DNA from: Octopus vulgaris
Taxonomy: Eukaryota
Assembly (NCBI GenBank): GCA_951406725.2
Contig: OX597825.1
Location: forward strand, 24,242,001-24,306,000
Direction: 5' to 3'
Length of the DNA: 64,000 nucleotides
Program-made: the position numbers and the translations under genes
The notes under the pieces: model-generated
What the model was told of the DNA's origin: nothing
The model's database searches: none
The model's input: only the letters and a program-made list of their open reading frames with translations
Shown: piece by piece, positions 13,115-24,627 of the stretch
Position numbering within the stretch: position 1 is the stretch's first letter
Layout of the letters: each line of letters starts with the position of its first letter

Positions 13115-14924
13115 CTCTTTTACTCTTTTACTTGTTTCAGTCATTTGACTGCGGCCATGCTGGAGCACCGCCTTTAGTAGAGCAAATCAACCCCGGGACT
13201 TATTCTTTCATAAGCCCAGTACTTATTCTATCGGTCTCCTTTTGCCGAACCGCTAAGTGGCGGGGACGTAAACACACCAGCATCGGTTGTCAAGCAATGC
13301 TAGGGGGACAAACACAGACACACAAATATATACACACACATACATATATATATATACATATATACGACAGGCTTCTTTCAGTTTCCGTCTACCAAATCCA
13401 CTCACAAGGCATTGGTCAGCCCGAGGCTATAGCAGAAGACACTTGCCCAAGATGCCACGCAGTGGGACTGAACCCAGAACCATGTGGTTAGTAGGCAAGC
13501 TACTTACCACACAGCCACTCCTGCGCCTATATTTATGTTACATGAATAACTTTATTCATAATAACTTTATTCATAATATGAAAGCATTTTGAAAGATGGA
13601 CAACTCATATATACTCTCGGTGGCATTCTTTTATGTATTAGCTCTGAGTCAATGCTTCTCAGGTTCAAATCTGGTTGAGGTTAACTTTCTCTTTTATCCT
13701 TTAACCCCGTATTTGCCGACCACTTTTTAATTATGGGTCTCTTTGATTCCTATTTTGCTCAGGAGGACTCTCATAACCATTTGATGTTTAAAAAAAAAGC
13801 ATGGTATATTTTTATGATAAATATTATAGGAATTGTACAAAAAAATTGTTCAAATACTTTGTATATTTTAGAAGTACATTAATCCCTCGACTATCATAGG
13901 TGTTATGTACCCAAACCTCCCATGATAGGCGAAAATCCATGAAATAGAAACAGTGCTGTACTGCATATTTTTTTTTATAATTCTTATAATTTATATATAT
14001 ATATATATATATATGGTTGTATTCAAAGCAATGATTAGTAACTTACGAAACTGGTATACTCTTTACTCTTTTACTTGTTTCAGTCATTTGACTGTGGACA
14101 TGCTGGAGCACCGCCTTTAGTCGAGCAAATCGATCCCGGGACTTATTCTTTGTAAGCCCAGTACTTATTCTATCGGTCTCTTTTGCCGAACCGCTAAGTG
14201 ACAGGGACGTAAACACACCAGCATCGGTTGTCAAGCAATGCTTGGGGGACAAACACAGACACACAAACATATACACACACATACATATATATACATATAT
14301 ACGACAGGCTTCTTTCAGTTTCCATCTACCAAATCCACTCACAAGGCATTGGTCAGCCCGAGGCTATAGCAGAAGACACTTGCCCAAGATGCCATGCAGT
14401 GGGACTGAACCCAGAACCATGTGGTTGGTAGGCAAGCTACTTACCACACAGCCACTCCTGCGCCTATATTTATGTTACATGAATAACTTTATTCATAATA
14501 ACTTTATTCATAATATGAAAGCATTTTGAAAGATGGGCAACTCATATATACTGTCAGTGGCATTCTTTTATGTATTAGCTCTGAGTCAATGCTTCTCAGG
14601 TTCAAATCTGGTTGAGGTTAACTTTCTCTTTTATCCTTTAACCCTGTGTTTGCCGACCACTTTTTAATTATGAGTCTCTTTGATTCCTATTTTGCTCAGG
14701 TGGACCCTCATAACCATATGATGTTTAAAAAAAAAATTATGTTATATTTTTATGATAAATATTATAGGAATTGTACAAAAAATTGTTCAAATACTTTGTA
14801 TATTTTAGAAGTACAGTAGTCACTTGCCTATCATGGGTGTTATGTACCAAAACCTCCCATGATAGGTGAAAATCCATGAAGTAGAAACAATGCTGTACTG
14901 CATATTTTTTTTATAATTCTTATA

Positions 14925-14958
<34 letters not shown>

Positions 14959-14998
14959 TTGTATTCAAAGCAATGATTAGTAACCTACGAAACCGGTA
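13115..14998. repeat. ~940-bp tandem duplication (SINE + flank + MITE left end)
   Basis: About 13115-14056 is repeated at about 14057-14998 with scattered substitutions; the translation products 13287..13592 and 14242..14529 are near identical. Confidence 0.9.
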
Positions 14999-15604
14999 TG
15001 CTTGAATCTCTTTAATAATTTCACAATAATGACATTTATTACTTTTATTCCTACCTCAGTTCATCTAATTATATATATCTTTCATTACTTTTCATAAAAA
15101 GCCTTTACTTTTTTTGATTTACAATGTACATTTTCGTTTATTTCTCTTACTTTCCCCTTACATTACCCTGTGTAGTTTCTATTTTCTTTTTGTAACATAT
15201 TACTATTTTTATATATATATATATATATATATTATTATATTTATAAATGCAAGACAACACCACACACTCACCTCCCGAGTTTCGTTTTCCATACAGTATA
15301 TGCAATTCTTTGTTTACTCATCTATGGTACACTATGTATTTTCTTTTAATATATTTTAATTAATGTGTTATACAGTGCAATACTGTACTGTATATTTATT
15401 TATTAATTTATTAATTTTTAGGCATGAAAATTCTTATTTTACCATAGAAATAATTAAAATCTAAAAAGATATGAATACCTATTGGCTGCAGAAACCCGCT
15501 ACATACTGAGGAGTCCGCAATATAAATTTATGTATATTAGCCAGAAAAATCCACAATGTTCTGAAGGCACAATAAGTGAACCATGATATGGCAAGGGATT
15601 ACTA
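14814..15604. mobile_element. pogo/Tigger-like MITE
   Basis: Left end TA-CAGTAGTCACTTGCCTATC; right end ATATGGCAAGGGATTACT. The left end is also duplicated near 13876. Confidence 0.6.
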
Positions 15605-16063
15605 CATAACCAATTTATTGCAGATAAACAAAATTTTATACGGGCCCCCAAGGGTGATATGGGCCCCCAAAGGTGATATGGGCCACAGTTGGGAACCACT
15701 GCTTTTGCCCTTTACCTGTCCAAAATGTTTCATTAGTTTGGCCTAAACATCCATACTTAGTTTTAGATTCTTAGACCTTTTTTCATTTGTTCTGGGTAAT
15801 ATAAAGTTTTCCTTTCAGGAGTCCCAAGTTACTCTATTAGTTGAAAAGAAAAATTGGGAATGTATATCATATATGATGCATAGATACCAGAGAAATATGT
15901 CCTGTGTCTCATGTGATACACAGGACAAGCAAATGGTTAAAGACTAATGAAAAATACATAATTAAAGGAGTTGATTTGCAGAACTTTCAGGGCATTGGAC
16001 AAGATGTCTTGTAGTATTTGTCCCAACACTTTGCATTCTGATGGTGCATAGCTTTCTTTGTTC

Positions 16064-16277
16064 TTAACCATTTTGTTAATATATTTCTATTGAAACAGAC
16101 TTTGTTTTGAATAATATTGAAAATAATAAAGAATTTAGTGAATTAGTCTTTATTAAGATAGTATTTGGAGCATAAACTAACATGCAATCTCAATGAAAGG
16201 TTCTCAGTTAGCTTGATTTAAAATAGGAAGTTTGTAGCATGGATCCATGGGCATGGGGTTCATTACAAAAGGGTTAA
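16064..16277. mobile_element. TTAA-flanked piggyBac-like MITE
   Basis: TTAA-CCATTTTG ... CAAAAGGG-TTAA. Related to 37585-38040 and ~59820-60020. Confidence 0.55.
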
Positions 16278-17121
16278 GAAAAATCTTTCCCTTAGACCAG
16301 AGATTACCAATCGATGCACCACAGACCAATACCAAGCCTTATATCATTTGGTCCTGGGCTACTGAGAAAGAATAAATTTTAACATTTCATTTCTGTTTTA
16401 TTTTTTATTGACTGTCACAGTTCTGCAGACTGTAATATTTTGGAAAATTACCATTCTTGTATCTACCTCTTCTCACATTTGTCTAAGACACAGCTTTTTT
16501 TGAATTTTTTTATGCACTGATGATTTTTTTTTTTTTTTGGTAATGTTCATAGTCACTTAGTTCACAGAAAAATTGTCCCGCCTACAGCTGGTCCACTGTG
16601 CAAAAACGGTAGGGAGTCAATGCTTTTAGAAACACTGTAGGGTAGAATGACAAGGCTTGTATAATGCATGGGCAACTGCCAACCTTCTACGAAATACTTT
16701 GCCTAGGCTGAAAACAAAGATTCGGAAACAGGTTCCAGCTTCACAGATGGAGGTCTTCTCTATAATCAAATCTCGAATTTTCCATTTATTTTATTATCCA
16801 CAATGGCTTATCTGACATACTCTGCAAGAAAAGAACAATGTCTTTTATTGTGTTCCTACAACTTTCCGTGTTATGGTACCAAGCAAATAAACAATAGAAA
16901 GGTACTATGGGGAGATAGGAAACAGCTTATAAAGAAGTCTATATGCCAAGATTTTCTATAGAATCAATACGATGCCACCAGCCTGGGTTGGCAGAAGTAT
17001 AGACAGTTTGGAGCTGTGTGCATGCATGCGTGTGTGTGTGTGTGTGTGTGTGCCTGCATGTATATGTAGATTATGTTACAACATTTATATTTTACATAAA
17101 TATCTGTATCTATGTATGGAA

Positions 17122-17191
<70 letters not shown>

Positions 17192-17194
17192 ATA

Positions 17195-18346
17195 TCATCA
17201 TCATCATCATCATCGTTTAACGTCCGTTCTCCATGCTAGCATGGGTTGGACGGTTCGACCGGGGTTCTGGGAAGCCAGAAGGCTGCACCAGGCTCCAGTC
17301 TAAATTTGGCAATGTTTCTACAGCTGGATGCCCTTCCTAACGCCAACCACTCCGTGAGTGTAGTGGGTGCTTTTTACGTGCCACCTGCACAGGTGCCAGG
17401 CGGGGCTGGCAACGGCCACGGTCAGATTGGTGTATTTTATGTGCCACCGGCACGGAAGCCAGTCGAGGCGGTGCTGGCATCGGCCACGAGTCGGATAGTG
17501 CTTTTTACGTACCACCAGACCAGGGATCCTGGCTGGTTCAATTCGATTTCGATTTCGCTTGCCCCAACATGTCTTCACAAGCAAAGGGGGTTGGCAAGGG
17601 TGCCTGTCGTACGGTCGCATTGGAGTATTTTACGTGCCACGGCCACGAGTCGGATAGTGCTTTTTACGTACCATCAGACCAGGGATCCTGGCTGGTTCAA
17701 TTCGATTTCGATTTCGCTTGCCCCAACATGTCTTCACAAGCAAAGGGGTTGGCATGGGTGCCTGTCGTACGGTCGCATTGGAGTATTTTACGTGCCACGG
17801 CCACGAGTCGGATAGTGCTTTTTACGTACCACCAGGCCAGGGATCCTGGCTGGTTCAATTCGGTTTCGATTTCGATTTTGCTTGCCCCAACATGTCTTCG
17901 CAAGCATGGGGGGTTGGCATGGGTGTCTGTCGTTGGATGAGGTTCTATATCGACTTCGCTTGCCTCAACCGGTCTTTGTGTCCAAGGGAGGAAAGGCATT
18001 CATAAGTGGGCTGGGCTCACTTGTCCTGCCTGGTCTTCTCACATACAGAATATTTCCAAAGGTCTCGGTCTCTGGTCATTTCCTCAATGAGGCCTAAAGT
18101 TCGAAGGTCGTGCTTCACCACCTCGTCCCAGGTTTTCCTGGGTCTACCTCTTCCACGGGTTCCCTCAACTGCTAGGGATTGGCACTTTCTCACACACCTA
18201 TCTTCATCCATTCTCGCCACATGACCATACCAGCGCAATCGTCTCTCTTGCACACCACAACTGATGCTTCTTATGTACAACATTTCTCTCAAGGTGCTAA
18301 CGCTCTGTCGAGTATGTACACTGACATTACACATCCATCGGAGCAT
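17195..18346 (-). mobile_element. 5'-truncated RTE-clade LINE (ORF C-terminus + 3'UTR + (TGA)n tail)
   Basis: 18017-18346 translates to MLRWMCNVS..QERRLRWYGHVARM..GTRGRGRPRKTW, typical of RTE C-termini. The UTR carries three ~158-bp tandem units. Confidence 0.85.
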
Positions 18347-18352
18347 ATATAA

Positions 18353-18409
<57 letters not shown>

Positions 18410-18485
18410 CAGACAGATAGATAGATAAATGGCTAGATAGATAGATATACACATATACACACACATACACACAAACAAACTCACA

Positions 18486-18587
<102 letters not shown>

Positions 18588-18835
18588 TACATATTTGCAT
18601 ACATATAAACATGGGTACAGATATTTATATAAGATATAAAAGTTGTATATATATATATATATATATATATAATTGAAATTTATAGAGAAATAAAAGACGA
18701 AGACAAGTGTATGAACAACAAGCAAATGTCTTAGTTTCACTCTTGAGAAAAAGGAAAAATTCTTTTATGTTTCAAGCCTACAACTCTTCAACAGAAAGGA
18801 ATAAGAGATACCTACATCACATGTACATACAGTTT

Positions 18836-18996
18836 CAGGAGTGGCTGTGTGGTAAGAAGCTTGCTTACCCACCACATGGTTCCGGGTTCAGTCCCACTGC
18901 ATGGCAGCACCTTGGGCAAGTGTCTTCTACTATAGCCTTGGACTGACCAAAGCCTTGTGAGTGGATTTGGTAGATGGAGACTGAAAGAAGCCCATC

Positions 18997-19041
<45 letters not shown>

Positions 19042-19251
19042 GCAATTGCAGACATGGAAGGTGTTTGTAAGTCATTTAAGAAACACACAAAGGCTGTTCG
19101 ATTCACTTCAACATTTAAGTATATTTTGACAAATTATACTAAAATGTTGAAGTGAATGTAATGGTTTTGTGTGTTTCTTAAATGACTTACAAACACCTTC
19201 CACGCTGCAATTGTTTTCGTTTCAGCACACTTGCTATGCAAGTACATCTCC

Positions 19252-19296
<45 letters not shown>

Positions 19297-19500
19297 GTGT
19301 GTGTGTTTGTTTATCTATGTTTGTTCCCCACCGTCACTTGACAACTTGACAAGTTTATGTACCCATAACTTAACAGTTCAGCAAAACAGACCAATAGAAT
19401 AAGTACTAGGCTTACAAGGAATAAGTCCTGAGATCAATTTGTTTGACTAAAGCCATGCTCCAATATGGCCAGAGTCAAATGACTGAAACAAGTGAAAGAA
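18836..19500 (+). mobile_element. SINE family A, split by a fold-back insert
   Basis: Head at 18836-19000 and tail at ~19295-19500. Confidence 0.8.
19042..19214. repeat. Fold-back inverted repeat splitting a SINE at its internal (TA)n
   Basis: ~80-bp arms (TGGAAGGTGTTTGTAAGTCATTTAAGAAACACACAAA and its reverse complement), ~11-nt loop. Confidence 0.9.
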
Positions 19501-19808
19501 TACATAGAGAAAGAAAGAAACTACATCGTAGCCTTTGTGCAGGTTTTGAGTTATGAAATCATACCCACTACACTCACGGAGTGGTTGGTGTTAGGAAGGG
19601 CATCCAGCTGTAGAAACACTGCCAGATCAGACTGGAGCCTGGTGCAGCCTCCTGGCTTCCTAGACTCCTGTCGAACCGTTCAACCCATGCTAGCATTGAA
19701 AACGGACGTTAAACAATGATGATTATAATGATGACAGATAGATAGATAGATAGATAGATAGAAGAAGAGAAATGACAAAGAGTAAACAATAACCTTATGA
19801 ACTTCATT

Positions 19809-19890
19809 AGCATACAACTGTTTCTGCTATAAGATGCGGTAGACTCATAGTTGGATGCATGAGTACCACCTCATAGCTTCATCAGAGCAT
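19809..19890 (-). ncRNA. Hammerhead ribozyme motif with long stem II
   Basis: Minus strand: CTGATGA-A-GCTATGAG-GTGGTA-CTCATG..TATGAG-TCTACCGC-ATCTTATAGC-A-GAAA-CAGTTG-TA. Stem I is weak. Confidence 0.6.
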
Positions 19891-20165
19891 CAAACATAAA
19901 GTGCATATACATATATACATCATGTTGTGTGCACCTAACTGAGACACAGTTGTGCTTGTCTCTCTCCATTGTTTTCTCTTCTTGTCTTTTCTTTCTGTAG
20001 AAGAATGTATGACACTCAAAATGTAAAAGGCTTTTCTTTCTATTTTTCTTAAGTGTAAACCTAATACATTCCACTGGTTTACTTCACCTTTGTGTTTTTT
20101 TAATATTTTTACACCACATACACAAACACAAGCAGACACATACATACATATACATATACATGGAT

Positions 20166-20250
<85 letters not shown>

Positions 20251-21103
20251 CAGAGAGTGAGACAGAAAGAGAGAAACAGATATCTGTGCATGCATGTATG
20301 TATGTACATCTGTATATATTTATATATGTATAGTATGTAGTTCACAAGCTCTGCAATGAGCCACTAAGTACCTTGGGAACGATCATATAATTGATAAGAT
20401 CCTCAATCCTGGATTTAAAATAATGTAACAGTAAATCCTGGTAGTTTTCATATCATAATAACTTTCCTAAATCTATTAAGCGGATGTTTTGAAACCTTTG
20501 TAATCCCGTTTTCTGATTAAACTGTTCTAATGCATGCTGTGCTAAATCCCAAAGCACCTTGGGAATAAATTTATAGCAGATAAAATCCTCAATTCCTAAT
20601 ACACCTATATACCTATGTACATAAAACCCATATATACATATGTGTGTGTATGGATGTATTCATAAGTGGTGGTTTCTCCCATTGGAGAAGACAGATGAGG
20701 TTTCTGCAATTCCTTAGTGAAAAACCTGCAGAGGTGATTTGTTTGTTGGGATCAAATATTTGTTATATACATGAGATCCCATTTTCCATCAAATCGACAT
20801 TACCTGTACAGGTGCATGGTATGCCATGCATCAGATCTCGAGGTGGTCATAGAGCAATGGGAAATATATTGTTTTGCACAAGAACACAATGCAGCATCCA
20901 GCCCAGGAATTGAAACCAAGATGTTGCAATCATGATAGCAACACTCTAACCACTAGTCCTTGAGCCTTCAGTACTTTATTAATACTATCTATCTATTTAT
21001 CTATCTATCGATACACACACACACACACAATATATATATATATACACATACATACATATATATATATCTGTAATATGATATGTGACAATTATTCAATTGC
21101 CAT

Positions 21104-21152
21104 AATAAGACTCTGAGTTTTGGATGTTGAAGTGGAAACTTCTTCAGTTATT
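21104..21152 (-). ncRNA. Degenerate hammerhead ribozyme motif
   Basis: Minus strand: AATAA-CTGAAGA-..-AAAA-CTCAGAG-TC-TTATT. Stem I is perfect, stem III is ACTC/GAGT with a GUC triplet. GAAA is mutated and stem II is poor. Confidence 0.5.
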
Positions 21153-21154
21153 GA

Positions 21155-21342
21155 AGCAAATCAAAATATGGTATGAAAATGACCGTTAAACAAAGGAAAA
21201 TTACTATGTAAATGAACCAGGAACCAAGTGGTTGGGAAGCAGGCTTCTTATCACACGGCTTCCCAACCTCATGGTTCTGGGTTCATTTACATAGTAATTT
21301 TCCTTTGTTTAACGGTCATTTTCATAGCATATTTTGATTGCT
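21155..21342. repeat. Fold-back inverted repeat adjoining a hammerhead motif
   Basis: ~85-bp arms. The inner part and the loop are SINE-head sequence. Confidence 0.9.
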
Positions 21343-21361
21343 ATATACATGTATATATATG

Positions 21362-21414
<53 letters not shown>

Positions 21415-21514
21415 ATGTATATATATGTATATATATAGATCGCCATGTTGATTCGTTAGTTACTGCATGCATTTTTTTCTCTCCTTCTTTCTGTGTTTTT
21501 TTTCTCTCTGTGTA

Positions 21515-21552
21515 TCTTTCTGTTGAAGAGCGAAGGCTCGAAACGTTAAAGA
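21515..21552 (+). ncRNA. Hammerhead-like motif (CUGUUGA variant) in a TA-flanked short repeat
   Basis: TCTTT-CTGTTGA-A-GAGC(GAAG)GCTC-GAAA-CG-TT-AAAGA. Related copies at 18761-18799(-), 19990-20030, 34931-34968 and 44141-44176. Confidence 0.55.
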
Positions 21553-21743
21553 CTTGTTTTATTTATATTTCCTGAGCGCCATACTAATACAATTGTTTGT
21601 TTGTTTTCCACCTGCCTTCGTCTTTTGTCTATTTTCATAAAGCTTCCCGTTATATATATATATATTGATTGATTGATTGATTCTAGTTTCAGCTCATGAG
21701 CTGTGGCCATGCTGGGGCACCACCATTTAAAAACACAGGTCGA

Positions 21744-21785
<42 letters not shown>

Positions 21786-21799
21786 GTGAAGGCGCAGGT

Positions 21800-22133
21800 G
21801 AAGGTGCATGGCTCACTGGTAAGAGAGTCGAGTTTACAATCATGAGGTTGTGAGCTTGAATCCCGGACCAGGCTGCGTGTTGTGTTCTTGAGCAAGACAC
21901 TTTATTTTACGTTGCTCCAGTTCACTCAGCTGTAGAAACGAGTTAAGTTGTCGCTGGTGCCAAGCTGTATTGGCCTTTGCCTTTTTCTTGGATAACACTG
22001 GTGGCGTGGAGAGGGGAGGCCGGTATGCATGGGCGACTACTGGTCTTCCATTAACAACCTAGCCCAGACTTGTACCTGGGGGGTAACTTTCTAGGTGCAA
22101 TCCCATGGTCTGTGTCATGACCGAAGGGGGTCT
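21800..22133 (+). mobile_element. SINE family B
   Basis: Match to 7896-8229. Confidence 0.85.
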
Positions 22134-22327
22134 CAGATATATATATATGACAGGCTCCTTTCTGAACCTGGAACCATGTTGTTAGGAATCAGGCTTCTTA
22201 CTGCACAGCCAATATATATATAATATATATATATATATATGTATATAATAATAAATATTAGGGAATGAATCCAAAATTACAGGGAAAAATCAGATTTAGG
22301 GTTAAATCCAATTTTATAGTAAAATAT

Positions 22328-22539
22328 TATATAATATAATTCGGGACAAAACCACTATTTTAAAACCAAACAAGGAAAGACTTAATCAATACATAAAATT
22401 TTAATATAAATTAAATAAACCGCCACTACAATTGTTTCATGTCTGCTACCGACAATCTTCAGGTGGATTTTCGATCTTCTAATCAGTATCAAATTGTTTG
22501 GTTTTAAAATAGTGGTCTTGTCTCGAACTATATTATATA
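22328..22539. repeat. Inverted repeat enclosing a hammerhead
   Basis: ~45-bp arms at 22328-22373 and 22494-22539. Confidence 0.85.
22423..22466 (-). ncRNA. Minimal type I hammerhead ribozyme
   Basis: Minus strand: CCAC-CTGAAGA-T-TGTC(GGTAGCA)GACA-T-GAAA-CAATTG-TA-GTGG. All three stems are intact; stem III ACAATTGT is palindromic. Confidence 0.8.
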
Positions 22540-22778
22540 TATATGTATATATGTATATATGGCGACCTCACTAGTGCTAGGGGTGTGTAAAAAGCATCGA
22601 GTACATTCTCTAAAGTGGTTGGCATTAGGAAGGCTATCCAGCCATAGAAACCATGCCAAAACAGACAATTGGAGCTTGATATAACACACCAGCTCAACAG
22701 TTCCTTGTCAAACTGGAAAGCAGACATTAGATGATGATGATGATTATGATGATGATGCTGATGATGGTGATGATGATC

Positions 22779-22809
<31 letters not shown>

Positions 22810-23424
22810 CTGTACTCTTATTACCTACCCAACCATCCATCCACCCTAACCTCTCACTACCTCCCCACATATTCATCCATCCAACTGTCAATCAATATAT
22901 CTTTCTAACCATCAATATCTCCATCTCCTTACCTTCCTGTCTGCCTTTTCATTCATTTAACTGGCAGCCTTTCCATCTTTCTGTCTAAAAGCCTGCATCT
23001 TTTGTCACCTTGCCTGTCAATATAGTTAGGCATTAAAAACCAAAAACAACAACTGAACCCTTATTGTCTGTTATCTGTTGCATTGTTCTCATATAATGGA
23101 TGGTTTTTGATATCCCATAATTTATTTAAATATCTGTTTCTTTTGCTATCTCTTATACTATTCAAATATATTCGATAGTTTTTGATATAACATTGCACAG
23201 TTAATATCAGACTCTGACAGTACTGTGTGACATTTAATTCCAATGACACAATATTTGTACATACACATGCATGCATGCACGCACACACAAGTACACACGC
23301 ACACACACACATACACACACATATGCACACATGCATACATACACATACACATGCATACACACATATTCACACACATACACACACACATATAAACACATAC
23401 ATATATCTAGAGATATGTGTGTAA

Positions 23425-24090
23425 CATGTAATACATGAATGGTTGTGTGAACAGCCATGCTACTTGGCAGTGAAACATGGGCTGTGACTGCTGAGGACAT
23501 CTAAAGGCTTGAAAGAAATTTATCTAGTATGCTCCATTGGATGTGCAATGTCGGTGTACATATACAACAGAGTATAAGCATCTTGAGAGAAAAATTGGGC
23601 ATAAGAGGCATCAGATGTGGTATTTAAGAGAGAAGACTGTGCAGGTGTGATCATGTGATTTGTATAGATGACGAAAGATGCATAAAGAAATACCAATCTC
23701 TAACTGTGGAAGGAACCTGTGGAAGAGGTAGACCCAGGAAGACATAAAATGAGGTGGTGGAGCATGATTTTCAAATGTTGGGTTGCACTAAGGTGATGAC
23801 AAACAATTGTGACCTTTGATGATTTGTTGTTCTTGAGAAGACCCGTCTAACCAAGAAAAATCATAGTTGTGTCTGGTACCGGTGACATATAAAAGCACCT
23901 GTGGTACCAGCAACATGTAAAAGGTACTGAATACACTGTCAGAGTGGTTGGTGCTAGGAAGGGCATCCAGCCGGAGAAACTATGTCAAATCAGACGGGAA
24001 CCCGGTCCAGATCCCCAGTTGACCAATCCCAGTCAAACCAACTAATCCATGCCAACATGGACAACGGACATAAAATGGTGTGGATGATGA
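23425..24090 (+). mobile_element. Degenerate RTE LINE 3' fragment
   Basis: Similar to the 17195-18346 element (GGATGTGCAATGTC, GGAAGAGGTAGACCCAGGAAGAC, GGAAGGGCATCCAGC), with stops and a GAT tail. Confidence 0.75.
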
Positions 24091-24112
24091 TACACACACA
24101 TACATACATACA

Positions 24113-24177
<65 letters not shown>

Positions 24178-24405
24178 GTGCGTATATATATATTTAGGGT
24201 TAAAAGTTCTATTGCCACTACCATCACCACTAGCAACAATAATTAAGGTGCTGACAATGATGATGATGACAATTGAAATATAAAAATATAAAAATCTCTG
24301 ACAAAGGATATTTACAACATTTCTAAAAATAACCCAACAATTGCTGCTTCGGCCAGGGTCAAGATACAGGACTCTTGACCTGTCCAACAAAGCGTGATGC
24401 CTAAA

Positions 24406-24519
24406 CCAATCAGCTCAACCAACCAATCAGCTTAAGTAATTGAGTGATACTACACACTGATTGGTCAGAATACAGTTTGCAAAACCTAGCACTCTGGAGC
24501 CTACCCAGCTGTATTTATA
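24406..24519. promoter_or_regulatory. Putative Pol II promoter in pLTR (CCAAT boxes + TATA-like)
   Basis: CCAATCAG at 24406 and 24423, inverted CTGATTGG at 24457, and TATTTATA at 24512-24519 (TATAAATA on the minus strand). Repeated in the 3' pLTR. Confidence 0.5.
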
Positions 24520-24582
24520 GCACAGAATCACTCATCTTGCTACAGTCAAAAATTGTGAAGCATGACTGTCAACACTACTACA

Positions 24583-24627
24583 TGAACCCGAAGATTGCAG
24601 AATTCAATGCATGAAAGTACTAGTTCA
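24583..24627 (+). ncRNA. Variant minimal type I hammerhead ribozyme in 5' pLTR
   Basis: TGAAC-CCGAAGA-T-TGCA(GAATTCAA)TGCA-T-GAAA-GTAC-TA-GTTCA. Stem I TGAAC/GTTCA, stem II TGCA/TGCA, palindromic stem III AGTACT. Confidence 0.75.

Noticed and set aside
24194-24202. TTAGGGTTA telomere-like sequence at the pLTR start
   Set aside because: Only 1.5 units, expected by chance, and it is internal to the 3'UTR.
23980-24390. Antisense ORF in the pLTR (also 28461-28661)
   Set aside because: Short and low-complexity. It runs into flanking microsatellite and is duplicated only because the pLTR is.
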